Below are positions 1 to 9,783 of a DNA stretch of 64,000 nucleotides, one piece after another. The number at the start of each line of letters is the position of its first letter. The first letter of the stretch is position 1. This DNA comes from Acidobacteriota bacterium (GTDB taxonomy: Bacteria; Acidobacteriota; UBA890; WLXD01): positions 3,168,001 through 3,232,000 of the forward strand of contig CBDFKD010000002.1 of the NCBI GenBank assembly GCA_965248695.1, read 5' to 3'. The notes under the pieces were generated by a model, which was not told the DNA's origin, did no database searches, and saw only the letters and a list, made by a program, of their open reading frames with translations. The position numbers and the translations under genes were made by a program.

Positions 1-2877
1 CCGAACGTCGTCTACATCGGCACCGGCGAGCACAACCCGCGCAACTCGACCTCGTTCGGAGATGGCGTCTATCGGTCCGACGACGGCGGCGACACGTGGC
101 GTCATCTCGGCCTGGCGGCTACCGAGCGCGTCGCCCGCATCCGCGTGCATCCGACCGATCCTGACCACGTATACGTGGGCGCGATGGGGCACGCCTGGGG
201 AACGAACGAGGAGCGCGGCGTGTACCGCAGCCGCGACGGCGGCGACACCTGGGACAAGGTGCTCTACGTCGACTACACCACCGGGGTGTCGGACCTGGCG
301 ATGGACGCCGCCAACCCGCGCATCCTGTACGCCGGCATGTGGGACTTCCAGCGTCGGCCGTGGCACTTCCGTTCCGGCGGCCCAGGCAGCGGGCTGTACA
401 TGAGCCGCGACGGTGGCGACAGCTGGACCAACCTCACCGGTGGGGAGCTCGACAACGGTCTGCCGACGGGCGTTCTCGGCCGTATCGGCGTAGGCGTTGC
501 GGTCTCGGACCACGACGTCGTCTACGCCATGATCGAGTCGAAGGATGGAGCATTGTGGCGTAGCGCTGACGGTGGCGATACCTGGACGCACGTGAGCGCC
601 GATCGCGCCATCGCCTCGCGACCCTTCTACTACAACGACTTCCGCATCGATCCGTCGGACGAGAATCGCATCTACATGGTCGGCGGGCGTCTGAACCTGT
701 CGACCGATGGCGGCCGTACCTGGGAACGGATCGCCAGGACGCATCACGGCGATCATCAGTCGTTCTGGATCAACCCCGAAGACCCGATGATGGTGGTCGA
801 CGGTAACGACGGCGGCATCGCCTATTCCTACAACGGCGGCGAGACCTGGGAGCTTGTCAACAACCTGCCGCTGCAGCAGGTGTATCAGCTCGGCGCCGAC
901 ATGCGGGATCCCTACTTCGTGTGCGCCGGCTTCCAGGACAACGACGCCTGGTGCGGCCCCAGCAACACGATGACCACTACCGGCATCCTGGAGGCCGACT
1001 GGTATCACGTGCAATACGGCGACGGCACCTACATTCAACCCGACCCGAGCGACCACAACATCGTCTACGCCGGCTCGCAGGGCGGCAGCATTCTGCGCAT
1101 CGACCTGCGCACCAACGAGAACCGCTCCATCCGGCCCTATCCGTTCTCCGGCGGAGCGGTTGGCGAGCACCCCTACCGGTTCAACTGGAACTCGCCGATC
1201 CACATCTCGCCGCACGACCCCAAGACGGTCTATCTGGGCGGCAACGTGGTGTTCAGAACCCGCGACGGCGGTGAGTCGTGGGAGGAGATCAGCCCGGATC
1301 TGACCACCAACGACGAGGAGAAACAGGCTCCTTCGGGCGGCCCCATCACCCCCGACAACACCACCGCCGAGTACCACACGACCATCTATACGATCGCCGA
1401 GTCACCGGTTCAGCCCGGGGTGATCTGGGCTGGCACCGACGACGGCTACGTGCAGATCACGCGCGACGACGGCGCCACCTGGACCAACGTGATCGGCAAT
1501 ATCCCCGTGCCGACCGAGTCATGGGTGTCGCGTATCGAGGCGTCCCGGCGTGACGCGGGCACCGCCTACGTCGCCTTCGACCGCCACCGCCTGGACGATT
1601 TCGCGCCCTACTTGTTCATGACCACCGACTTCGGCGACACGTGGTCCGACATCGGCGCCGGCCTGCCCGATCCCGGCCACCTGCACGTCGTGCGCGAGGA
1701 TCCTCGCAACCCTGACCTGCTATTCGTCGGTACCGAGCTCGGTATCTTCGCCTCGTGGGGCGCGCAGCCAGGAGGCGACGCGCGCGCGTGGACCTCGCTC
1801 CGCCTCGGTCTACCGCCCGTAGCGGTGCGCGACATCCTGATTCACCCGCGCGACAACGACCTGATCATCGGCACACACGGGCGCTCGATCCTCATCCTCG
1901 ACGACATCACGCCGCTGCAGCAGCTGCCCACCGCCACCTCCAACGACGACTCCGTCCACCTGTTCGACATTCGCACCGCGACACGCTTTCAGCCGTACAC
2001 CCGCGAGCTACGCGTCGACCTGGGCGACAAGGTCTTCGTCGGCGCCAACCCGCCCTACGGCGCCCTGATCTCGTACTTCGTCCCCCCCGAGCTGGCCTCT
2101 GACGAGCCCGTCAAGGAAGACGCCGAGGAGGACGCCGAGCCGGCGATCACCATAGAGATCCAGGCCGCCGATGGCGAGGTCGTCCGTACGCTCGAAGCAC
2201 CGGCCAACGCCGGCATCAACCGCGTGGCCTGGAACCTACGCCAGCAATCCGATGAGGAGCAGTCAGCCGCGGCGACCTTCCCGGGATCCGGGCCCACGGC
2301 GCCGCTGGTCATCCCGGGCAACTACCAGGTGGCTCTGCAGACGGCGGGAAACGAATCGACCACCGCGCTCGAGGTGCGCCTGGACCCGCGCATCGACGTT
2401 TCAGTGCAAGACCTCCATACCCAACGTGACGCACTTCTGCGACTGGCCGATTTGCGCACCAGATCACAGAAAGGAATCGAGCTCATCGACCGACTAGTGG
2501 AGCAACTGCAGGCGCTCAGCGATCGGATCGGCGATGCCGAGGCAACGGAACCGCTTGCCAGCGCTGCGGACGATATCTCGACGCGGCTCGACGCGATCAG
2601 GTCGCGGATCACGAGCCAGCCGCGCGCCAGCGCTGCCAGCGGGCCGACGGGTCCCTACATCTCGGGCCCGGAGATCCACGAGAAGCTGCGAACGCTGGCG
2701 TCGGCCGTCGGACGCGCCTCCACCGCGCCGACACGGGCTCAGGCGGACTGGCTCGAGCGACTGGATACCGACCTCGAGGCCGCCCTCGCCGACTTGGACG
2801 CGTTGGTCCAGGAACAACTCGCTGCCCTCAACCGCAGCATTATCGAGGCGAATATCCCGTTCATTCAGCAGCGCTGA
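1..2877 (+). CDS. VPS10/sortilin-like BNR (Asp-box) repeat beta-propeller protein, glycosyl hydrolase-like; 5' partial
   Basis: Frame is open from base 1 (PNVVYIGTGEHNPRNSTSFG). Many Asp-box motifs (RSRDGGDTW, STDGGRTW, TRDGGESW), plus FNWNSPIHISPHDP and a C-terminal helical tail typical of this family. Confidence 0.85.
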   Translation, partial: PNVVYIGTGEHNPRNSTSFGDGVYRSDDGGDTWRHLGLAATERVARIRVHPTDPDHVYVGAMGHAWGTNEERGVYRSRDGGDTWDKVLYVDYTTGVSDLAMDAANPRILYAGMWDFQRRPWHFRSGGPGSGLYMSRDGGDSWTNLTGGELDNGLPTGVLGRIGVGVAVSDHDVVYAMIESKDGALWRSADGGDTWTHVSADRAIASRPFYYNDFRIDPSDENRIYMVGGRLNLSTDGGRTWERIARTHHGDHQSFWINPEDPMMVVDGNDGGIAYSYNGGETWELVNNLPLQQVYQLGADMRDPYFVCAGFQDNDAWCGPSNTMTTTGILEADWYHVQYGDGTYIQPDPSDHNIVYAGSQGGSILRIDLRTNENRSIRPYPFSGGAVGEHPYRFNWNSPIHISPHDPKTVYLGGNVVFRTRDGGESWEEISPDLTTNDEEKQAPSGGPITPDNTTAEYHTTIYTIAESPVQPGVIWAGTDDGYVQITRDDGATWTNVIGNIPVPTESWVSRIEASRRDAGTAYVAFDRHRLDDFAPYLFMTTDFGDTWSDIGAGLPDPGHLHVVREDPRNPDLLFVGTELGIFASWGAQPGGDARAWTSLRLGLPPVAVRDILIHPRDNDLIIGTHGRSILILDDITPLQQLPTATSNDDSVHLFDIRTATRFQPYTRELRVDLGDKVFVGANPPYGALISYFVPPELASDEPVKEDAEEDAEPAITIEIQAADGEVVRTLEAPANAGINRVAWNLRQQSDEEQSAAATFPGSGPTAPLVIPGNYQVALQTAGNESTTALEVRLDPRIDVSVQDLHTQRDALLRLADLRTRSQKGIELIDRLVEQLQALSDRIGDAEATEPLASAADDISTRLDAIRSRITSQPRASAASGPTGPYISGPEIHEKLRTLASAVGRASTAPTRAQADWLERLDTDLEAALADLDALVQEQLAALNRSIIEANIPFIQQR

Positions 2878-2878
2878 G

Positions 2879-2950
2879 TTCCCGACCTGGTCTTGGGACG
2901 TCGACAACGACGGCGCACGTGACCTGCAGGTGAACAACTACGGGGTGCCC
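2879..2950 (+). pseudogene. Short remnant of an FG-GAP/CRTAC1-type repeat
   Basis: Reads FPTWSWDVDNDGARDLQVNNYG directly after the upstream stop. Resembles the FG-GAP consensus WxDxDNDGxxDL; no start codon. Confidence 0.4.
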
Positions 2951-3001
2951 GACGGACACCGTGGTCCGCGCGTGGCTCCGGGTGCGCCGATCACTGACGA
3001 G

Positions 3002-4237
3002 CTACTGCTCCTCCTCCGACATCTCCTCCTCGTAGACGCTCGAGGCAGTCTGCACCGCAGCGAGCGCATCGGCGAACTGAGCCCGATCGGACGGAGGCGC
3101 TCGGCGCAACGTGCGGTATAGGAGATAAACGCCGAAGGCGATATGGACGCCGGCGGTGAACAGATAGAGACCGCCGGGCGCCAGCCGCGTCATCATGGCG
3201 GAGGCAATGAACGGCCCGATGACGGCGCCGACGCCATACATGAGCAACAGGCCGCTCGACACCAGTACGAACTCGTCAGGCTCAGCGTAGTCGTTGGCGT
3301 GGGCAGCGGAGATCGAGTATATGGGGAACGAGACGGCGCCCCAGACAGCGGTGAGCGCGATGATCCCGATTGGCGAGAGCTGCGGAGTCATGAGCCACAT
3401 AGTGGCGCCAATGCCAGCCGCAACGAGGGTGATCACGGCCATCACCAGGCGTCGGTCGACGCGATCAGACCAGAAGCCGAGGGGCCACTGGCACACCGCC
3501 CCACCGAGCACGGTGGCGGTCATGAACGTCGCCGCCAGGCCCACGTCGGACGACTGCGCCGCCGTGAACAGCGGCGCTAGCGACCAGAACGATCCCGCCG
3601 ACAACCCCGCCGCGAGGCTGCCGGTCACGCCGGCCGGCGACAGTCGATACAGCCGCGGCAGGTCGACTTCGACGGTATCCGGTTGCAGCGGCGCCGAGGA
3701 GTTCGACAGCACCACCGGCACGGCGGCCAGCGACACCAGCGCCGAGGCAATCGCGAACAGCGCCATGCGATGCGGATCGTAGAGCAGCAGCATCTGCTGG
3801 CCAACGGCGAGGACCGTAAGGGTGATCAGCACGTAGGCGGAGAACACCGTTCCGCGGGTCTCGTTGGTGGCGTGCTCGTTGAGCCAGCTCTCGATGACGA
3901 CGTAAAGCACAGCGAAACAGTAGCCGGAGATCACGCGCAGGATGGCCCAAGCCCAGGCGACAGCCCACAGTCCGTGCAGCAGCGGCGCCGCCGATGCTAC
4001 TGCGGTCATGGCAGCGAACACCCGCACGTGCCCCACTCGGCGCACCAGATCCCCACCGCGTAAACAGCCAAACGTGAACCCGAGAAAATACGCCCCGCCC
4101 ATCAGGCCGATGGAGAAGGTCGAGAATTCCTCCAGCGCCGCGCGCACCGGGATAAGGACGCCCTGCAGGCCCTGGCCAGCGAGCAGAATGGCGACACCGA
4201 ACAGCAGCGCCGCAACGGGAGCGAAGGAGCGGATCAA
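3002..4237 (-). CDS. MFS transporter (YcaD-like)
   Basis: 411 aa with about 12 TM segments; motifs RRVGHVRVFA, VIESWLN and GFWSDRVDRR. Confidence 0.9.
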   Translation of the reverse strand: MIRSFAPVAALLFGVAILLAGQGLQGVLIPVRAALEEFSTFSIGLMGGAYFLGFTFGCLRGGDLVRRVGHVRVFAAMTAVASAAPLLHGLWAVAWAWAILRVISGYCFAVLYVVIESWLNEHATNETRGTVFSAYVLITLTVLAVGQQMLLLYDPHRMALFAIASALVSLAAVPVVLSNSSAPLQPDTVEVDLPRLYRLSPAGVTGSLAAGLSAGSFWSLAPLFTAAQSSDVGLAATFMTATVLGGAVCQWPLGFWSDRVDRRLVMAVITLVAAGIGATMWLMTPQLSPIGIIALTAVWGAVSFPIYSISAAHANDYAEPDEFVLVSSGLLLMYGVGAVIGPFIASAMMTRLAPGGLYLFTAGVHIAFGVYLLYRTLRRAPPSDRAQFADALAAVQTASSVYEEEMSEEEQ

Positions 4238-4240
4238 GGC

Positions 4241-4492
4241 TCAACCGTGCTGGTCGTGACTCTCTTCGTATTTGCGCTGCTCGACGGCCCGGTCCGTAGC
4301 GAGCGCCCGGTCGCGCTTCTTGGCAGCTCGCATCGCCATGCGGTGCGTACCCTCTGATTGGACCGCCGGCGTGGAGATCAGGCGCTCGAGGTCTCGGCCG
4401 CTACAGGAGGGACACTCGGGTGTCGTGCCCTTCAGCACGAGGACCTCGAACTCGCTATCGCAGGCCTTGCACGAGTACTCATAGATTGGCAT
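4241..4492 (-). CDS. FmdB family zinc-ribbon protein
   Basis: MPIYEYSCKAC...CPSCSG...LIS pattern; GGAG-rich RBS upstream. Confidence 0.9.
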   Translation of the reverse strand: MPIYEYSCKACDSEFEVLVLKGTTPECPSCSGRDLERLISTPAVQSEGTHRMAMRAAKKRDRALATDRAVEQRKYEESHDQHG

Positions 4493-4540
4493 CGTCGACT
4501 CCTCTCCGAGAGGACTCCAATTCTCGCACGTTCGCAGCCG

Positions 4541-5959
4541 CTACCTCGGACGGGTGACGTTGCCGGCCGGCCGATAGCCGGGGTCGGTCGCCGGGTCGAA
4601 CTCGAGCAACTGCCGATCGACTACGTCGCCACGCTGAACGACCATGAAGATGTTCCGCGTGTCGGCAATGCGACTGGCCGGATTGCCATCGACGATCAGC
4701 AGATCGGCGCGCTTGCCAGGCTCGAGCGTTCCCCAGTCATCTGCCTGCATCAGCACAGCGGCGTTGCGCGTCGCCGTGCCAATCGCCTGCAGCGGAGTCA
4801 ACCCCGCGTCGACCAGCAACTCGAGCTCGCGATGCAAGCCTTCACCGAAGAACAAGCCGGGAGCCGGTGTGTCGGTGCCCGCCACCAGCAATACCCCGGC
4901 GTCGAACATGCGCTTGGCGTTCTCGAGCACCGTCTGCAGCTGGTCGTCCCAGCCACTGCCATAGGACGTACCCTGCCCCCGAATGACAACGTCGGTCAGC
5001 GGCTCGAACACCCATGGCGGGGTAACTGTTCCAACCAGCGGTGCTGTCTCGAAGTCGCCGCCGCGCTCCTGCCAGCGCGCTCGCGCCTCCGACAAGGACG
5101 CGGTGGTGATGGTGGCCACACTTTCTCGGACCATCACCTCGATCGCCTCGTCGGTAACCTCGGAGTCGCCAAGATGGGCGAACGCAGTGATACCCGTGGA
5201 CGCCGTGCCGACCGATCCGTTGCGGCCCCATACGTCGACGATGGTCGGGAGTCCCTCGCGCGCCGCGGCCTCCACCAGGTGAACGATCATTTCGTCCGAC
5301 AGCCCGCTGTAGCCCTTGATCACATGCACGCCAGCGGCCTTTAGCTTGCGGACATAGCCCTGCATCTGCGGCACCGAGGAGATCGCATAGGTGCTCTCCG
5401 GCCAGGCTGGCTCGGGCCCATCGAGAAGAGGGCCAGCGAAGTACACCTTGGGGCCCGAGACCCTGCCGGCTTCGATCTCGTCGTGCAGTTGGTGGATGTG
5501 CGGCCCGGGGTCACCCAGAGTCAACACCGTGGTGACGCCGGCATAGAGAAGCGCGTCGAGATAGCGCTGGAAACCCAGAAGGTCGGCCGTTGTTCCGTCC
5601 CAGCCGCCCTGCCCCACGTGGACGTGCATGTCCGCCAGACCAGGGAGAACCGTGCGGCCGGTCGCGTCGATGACTTGCGCGTCATCGGGTACCGCTGTGG
5701 AGCTCGCCGGCCCAACCGCCTCGATGAGCTCGCCACGGATGACGATGACGCCATCCGTCAGCGGCTCGCCGCCGTTGCCGTCGATGATGCGGGCACCGAT
5801 GATCACCGTAGCCGCGGACTGCGCCGCAACGTCAGTCTGGGGCGCGACAACGGACGGCACTGCACTGCTGCCGCCACCGTCGCCGCATCCGGCTGCTGCC
5901 AGAGACAGGACGGCGAGCGCCAGGAAGGCGACCACGCGTCGGTGGCAGGGATCGCTCAT
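4541..5959 (-). CDS. Amidohydrolase family lipoprotein
   Basis: Signal peptide ending LAAAGC; PGLADMHVH, IKGY, AGTD and GTLEPGKRADL motifs. Start moved to ATG 5959 because the longer ORF overlaps the opposite-strand gene. Confidence 0.85.
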   Translation of the reverse strand: MSDPCHRRVVAFLALAVLSLAAAGCGDGGGSSAVPSVVAPQTDVAAQSAATVIIGARIIDGNGGEPLTDGVIVIRGELIEAVGPASSTAVPDDAQVIDATGRTVLPGLADMHVHVGQGGWDGTTADLLGFQRYLDALLYAGVTTVLTLGDPGPHIHQLHDEIEAGRVSGPKVYFAGPLLDGPEPAWPESTYAISSVPQMQGYVRKLKAAGVHVIKGYSGLSDEMIVHLVEAAAREGLPTIVDVWGRNGSVGTASTGITAFAHLGDSEVTDEAIEVMVRESVATITTASLSEARARWQERGGDFETAPLVGTVTPPWVFEPLTDVVIRGQGTSYGSGWDDQLQTVLENAKRMFDAGVLLVAGTDTPAPGLFFGEGLHRELELLVDAGLTPLQAIGTATRNAAVLMQADDWGTLEPGKRADLLIVDGNPASRIADTRNIFMVVQRGDVVDRQLLEFDPATDPGYRPAGNVTRPR

Positions 5960-6178
5960 TCGAGCTCCGCAGCATGAGGACGATTCGCCCCCGCATGTGG
6001 GGGCTGTCAGTAAACGCCGGCACTCAACCACAGGCCAGCCGCTTTCGCCACGGGAACCGCCACGGCAGCTGCGACTTGCGAGCCCTCGCCCCCGCAGCGT
6101 TTCGCACAGTACGGTAGGTCGCCCGGAGACGATGTGGACTCGTTTTCTTGCCAACCCGCACCAGCCGAGGACGATCGC

Positions 6179-6559
6179 ATGGATGAAGGACTGTTCGAGA
6201 AAGGACTCCAGCACCGCCGCGCGACGCTGGGGAAGGACTATGTGAACAACAGTCTGACCAGCGCCGATGACCTGACACGGCCCTTCCAGGAAGCCATGAC
6301 CGCGTGGTGCTGGGGCTTCGGCTGGGGCGACGACGCCATCGACGCCAAGACCCGATCGATGATGAACCTCGCCATGATCGGTGCCCTCGGGAGGATGCAT
6401 GAGTGGGAGCTGCACTGTCGTGGCGCAATCACCAACGGCGTGAGCTTCGAGGAGATCCGCGCCATCGTTCACGTGGTTGGGATTTACTGCGGCGTGCCGC
6501 AGGCACTCGAGTGCTTCCGCGTCGCGCGTCAGGTCCTGGAGGAGCACGACATGATCTAG
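6179..6559 (+). CDS. Carboxymuconolactone decarboxylase (CMD) family protein
   Basis: FEKGLQHRRATLG...CWG...RSMMNLAMIGALG...HCRGAITNG...IYCGVP; GAGG RBS upstream. Confidence 0.9.
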   Translation: MDEGLFEKGLQHRRATLGKDYVNNSLTSADDLTRPFQEAMTAWCWGFGWGDDAIDAKTRSMMNLAMIGALGRMHEWELHCRGAITNGVSFEEIRAIVHVVGIYCGVPQALECFRVARQVLEEHDMI

Positions 6560-6786
6560 CGGGGCTGCGAGCGCTGGGTGCCAGCGCACCCGGGCGGGTC
6601 TGGCCGGCAGGTCAAAGGCCCATCAGAGCTCTTCAGCGTCCTGCTACAATGAGACGCGTACTTCGGAGCCAGAGTGGGGTGGCATCCGACGCTGGATCGA
6701 GCGTGTTGATCCGCGTCGCGACGCCGGGAGGCAGCCGCATGATGGACGGCTCGCGAAGAGGCGCTGACCACGTCGCCGGATCGACC

Positions 6787-7674
6787 ATGCATAGCCTCCG
6801 CTGGAAGTTCGCCGTGCCGATCGACGCGCAAACCTCTCACCGTGGGCCAACCAGCAGCCTCATCTACCTGCCGGTCGCCGCACTGGTCGCGATCGCGCTC
6901 CTGTTCACCGGCAACCCGACACCGGCGGCAGACGGGCCGCTCGACACGGCGGAACAGACTCCGGCATTCGGCGGCGGCCTACGCACCATCGCGATCGACC
7001 CTGGGCACGGCGGCCGCGCCGCCGGGGCGCCGGGCATAGGCGGGCTGTCAGAGAAGGACATTACCCTGGATATCGCCGTGCGCGTGCGCGAGCTCATCTA
7101 CCGGCGGCTCGGCCTGCAGGTGTTCATGACGCGCGAGGACGATGTTGATCTGGATCTGGATTCGCGCACCGAGAAGGCCAACAACTGGGAGGCCGACCTG
7201 TTCGTCTCCATCCATGCGAATGCCTACAGGGTGGACAACGTGCGCGGCCCGGAAACCTATTTCCTGTCGGATACCGCCAGCGACACGATCGCCAGCGGGG
7301 TGGCGCAACGCGAGAACGACGATGATCCGGAGGCAGTGCGCGGGGTCGACGGCGAGGCGCTCGACTTCATCCTGTGGGATCTGGCCCACACCCAGCACCT
7401 GCGCGAGAGCAGTCTGCTGGCCGAAGAGATCCAGCAGGCGATGAACGGCGTGTGGCAGCTGCGCGACCGCGGCGTCAAGCAGGCGCCGCTGCGGGTGCTC
7501 AAGGGCGCCACGATGCCCGCCGTGCTGGTGGAGCTCGGCTACCTGTCGAATCCCCAGGATGCAGCGATGATGGCCGACCCTGGGTTCAGACAGCAGCTGG
7601 CCGAGGCGGTGTTTCGCGGCATCAACAGCTTCCGTCAGCAGCACGCCGTGCTCGCCGGCGCACCCAATCCGTAG
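6787..7674 (+). CDS. N-acetylmuramoyl-L-alanine amidase (Amidase_3, AmiC-like)
   Basis: IAIDPGHGG, SEKDITL, FVSIHAN and MPAVLVELGYLSN zinc motifs; N-terminal TM segment. Start codon uncertain. Confidence 0.9.
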   Translation: MHSLRWKFAVPIDAQTSHRGPTSSLIYLPVAALVAIALLFTGNPTPAADGPLDTAEQTPAFGGGLRTIAIDPGHGGRAAGAPGIGGLSEKDITLDIAVRVRELIYRRLGLQVFMTREDDVDLDLDSRTEKANNWEADLFVSIHANAYRVDNVRGPETYFLSDTASDTIASGVAQRENDDDPEAVRGVDGEALDFILWDLAHTQHLRESSLLAEEIQQAMNGVWQLRDRGVKQAPLRVLKGATMPAVLVELGYLSNPQDAAMMADPGFRQQLAEAVFRGINSFRQQHAVLAGAPNP

Positions 7675-7698
7675 AGCCACTCGGCGTAAACATCGGCC

Positions 7699-8322
7699 AT
7701 GGCCTCCAGCGCTCGCTCCTTCCCGATTCGAGTCACCGTTATCGCCGCGACAATCACCGTTGGGCTCGCCGTGTTACTGCTGGCCGTCAACCGACTTGGG
7801 CGCCCAACGGCGGAGACCGAGCCCATCCCCGCCGAAGAACTCGTCGCCAATCTGGGTCCCGATGGCGACCCGGATGCCACACCCGCAGACGACCTGGCAA
7901 CGGCGGCAACCGAGCCAGTCACGCTGCAGCTGTTTCTGATCGATTCCGTCAATCGACGCCTGGTATCGCGCATCCAGCGGCTCGAGGCGCCGATGACGCT
8001 GGCGGCCAAGGCCCAGCTGGCCGTCGAACGGTTGATCGACGCTGTAGGCTCACCGTTGCCGGCCGGCACCGTCGTACGCGAAGTCTGGATATCGACGGCC
8101 GGCGTTGCCTATGTCGACTTCAGTGCCGACCTGCCGGACTCGCTGCCCCGGGGAAGCCTGGCGGAAATTCACGCCGTGTACGGTGTGGTCGGGACCTTGA
8201 CGTCATCGTTTCCGCAGATACGAGCAGTGCAGTTCCTGGTCGACGGTAACGGCGTGGACACGCTCACTGGCCATTTCGACCTCGCTGGCCCGATCTCGCC
8301 GCATCGCGACTGGCTGTACTAG
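7699..8322 (+). CDS. GerMN domain-containing protein
   Basis: N-terminal TM anchor; AYVDFS...GSLAEIHAVYGVVGTL...VQFLVDG...TLTGHFDL; usual position after the amidase. Confidence 0.85.
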   Translation: MASSARSFPIRVTVIAATITVGLAVLLLAVNRLGRPTAETEPIPAEELVANLGPDGDPDATPADDLATAATEPVTLQLFLIDSVNRRLVSRIQRLEAPMTLAAKAQLAVERLIDAVGSPLPAGTVVREVWISTAGVAYVDFSADLPDSLPRGSLAEIHAVYGVVGTLTSSFPQIRAVQFLVDGNGVDTLTGHFDLAGPISPHRDWLY

Positions 8323-8606
8323 TGGCCTGTAACAGATGAACGTTGCCTATCGTGGTGGCGAAATGGGCTCGGATGCCAGGCGCTACGACGAGACGATGTT
8401 GGCCCATCTTCGAGGAGGAGCAACGGGGCAGACGGGTCCATTTCGCCACTGTTCTCTTGATGGGCCTACGGACAGATGGGCAGTTGCGGGCGATATCGGC
8501 GTTGCACCTCGTCGACGATGCTCACTGCATCGCCGTCCTCGCCGCGCCTTGATCTCACCCGCAAATCCCATCTGCGATAGGCAACGTTCATCTGTTACAG
8601 GCCACT
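8321..8606. mobile_element. Non-autonomous MITE-like palindromic element (286 bp)
   Basis: Perfect 32-bp terminal inverted repeats AGTGGCCTGTAACAGATGAACGTTGCCTATCG (8321-8352 / 8575-8606); nested internal hairpins; no credible ORF. Confidence 0.8.
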
Positions 8607-8633
8607 TAGTGGCCTGTAGGCAGCACTGACGCC

Positions 8634-9239
8634 GTGGACCTGCTCATCGGCACCCACAATCACGGCAAGATCGAGGAGATCTCAGCGCTCCTCGAAGGGG
8701 GGCCGTGGCGCTGTCGTCCGCTCCCCGAGGACGCCTCCGAGTATCCCGAGGCGGGCACTACCTTCGAGGACAACGCGCGCGGCAAGGCGCTGTTCTACGC
8801 TCGACTCACCGGCCTCATCACGCTTGCCGACGACTCGGGCCTGGAGATCGATGCGCTCGACGGCGAGCCCGGAGTCTATTCGGCGCGCTACATCGATCCG
8901 AACCTGTCACAGCAGCAGCGCAACCACGCCGTGCTCGAACGCCTTGCGAATGTCGCACCTCCTGATCGCCAGGCCCGATTCGTGTGCCACGCGGCGCTGG
9001 CGCGCCCGGATGGGCTGGTACACGAGTGCCGCGGTACGTGCAGCGGCAGTATTACCCGACAGCCTCGCGGCGAAGGAGGCTTTGGCTACGACCCGATCTT
9101 CCAGTGCACCGGCGACGAGCGCACTTTTGCGCAGCTCAGCCGCCAGGAGAAGTCTCGACGCTCCCATCGCGGCAAGGCCATCACGGCGATGATCGAGTTT
9201 CTACGCGACTGGACACCGACCGACCAGGCGGGCTCGTAG
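8634..9239 (+). CDS. rdgB: Non-canonical purine NTP pyrophosphatase (RdgB/HAM1)
   Basis: GTHNHGKIEE, TFEDNARGKA, ADDSGLEIDALDGEPGVYSARY, GFGYDPIF and SHRGKA motifs. Confidence 0.95.
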   Translation: MDLLIGTHNHGKIEEISALLEGGPWRCRPLPEDASEYPEAGTTFEDNARGKALFYARLTGLITLADDSGLEIDALDGEPGVYSARYIDPNLSQQQRNHAVLERLANVAPPDRQARFVCHAALARPDGLVHECRGTCSGSITRQPRGEGGFGYDPIFQCTGDERTFAQLSRQEKSRRSHRGKAITAMIEFLRDWTPTDQAGS

Positions 9240-9345
9240 TGCACGGCTGGACACCGACCGGCTCGGCGGGCTCATGGCGCGCGTCGAAACGGTTTCGGCG
9301 TTGTATTCTGACGCCGGGCGGGCGCTTGTTCGTGCGCCTGATTTT

Positions 9346-9419
9346 CGGGGTGTGGCGCAGCTTGGAAGCGCACCTGCTTTGGGAGCAGGGGGCCGGAGGT
9401 TCAAATCCTCTCACCCCGA
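9346..9419 (+). tRNA. tRNA-Pro(TGG)
   Basis: Acceptor stem CGGGGTG/CACCCCG, anticodon arm CCTGC-TT-TGG-GA-GCAGG, T-loop GGTTCAAATCC; CCA not encoded. Confidence 0.95.
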
Positions 9420-9465
9420 CTTGGAATTCCTTTATCTCGTGGTCACATACGACGACACGCAGGGA

Positions 9466-9496
9466 TCGAGTCACCATAGAGTCACCGCAAGAGAGG
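9466..9496. repeat. Tandem 9-mer, integrase arm-site-like, copy A
   Basis: TCGAGTCACCATAGAGTCACCGCAAGAGAGG; a near copy lies at 12299-12330. Confidence 0.55.
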
Positions 9497-9600
9497 TCGA
9501 ACCCCGCCGAGAACCCACAAAATAGCGACTGCCTTCAGCCCGATCGGCGCGCGGCGAAGCCGATGATCGGGATTATTGGGGTTTACAAGACCCCCAATAA

Positions 9601-9643
9601 AACTCATAACCCGAAGGTCGCAGGTTCAAATCCTGCCCCCGCT
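9601..9643 (+). repeat. 3' half of initiator tRNA-fMet, att-like direct repeat copy 1
   Basis: CTCATAACCCGAAGGTCGCAGGTTCAAATCCTGCCCCCGCT matches the anticodon loop to acceptor 3' strand of bacterial tRNA-fMet. The 5' half is absent. Confidence 0.85.
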
Positions 9644-9783
9644 GTGCACAGGGGCTATCCCCTCCGCCCGATACTCAATGGTTCGTACGCATTCCTTGAT
9701 TGATCCCTGAGATCGTCGGCACGACCCGGACTGACCGGGATCGAGACGACTCGCTCCGAGACCACTGGCTTCAGAGTCGACTA

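Noticed and set aside
5960-6589. Long N-terminal extension of the amidohydrolase ORF (682 aa) and similar long antisense ORFs such as 32517-33881, 35020-36294 and 38879-40618
   Set aside because: Shadow ORFs typical of high-GC DNA that overlap well-supported genes and carry no motifs.
9209-9283. Degenerate 38-bp tandem duplication of the rdgB 3' end
   Set aside because: Real but only two diverged copies; most simply local slippage with no evident function.
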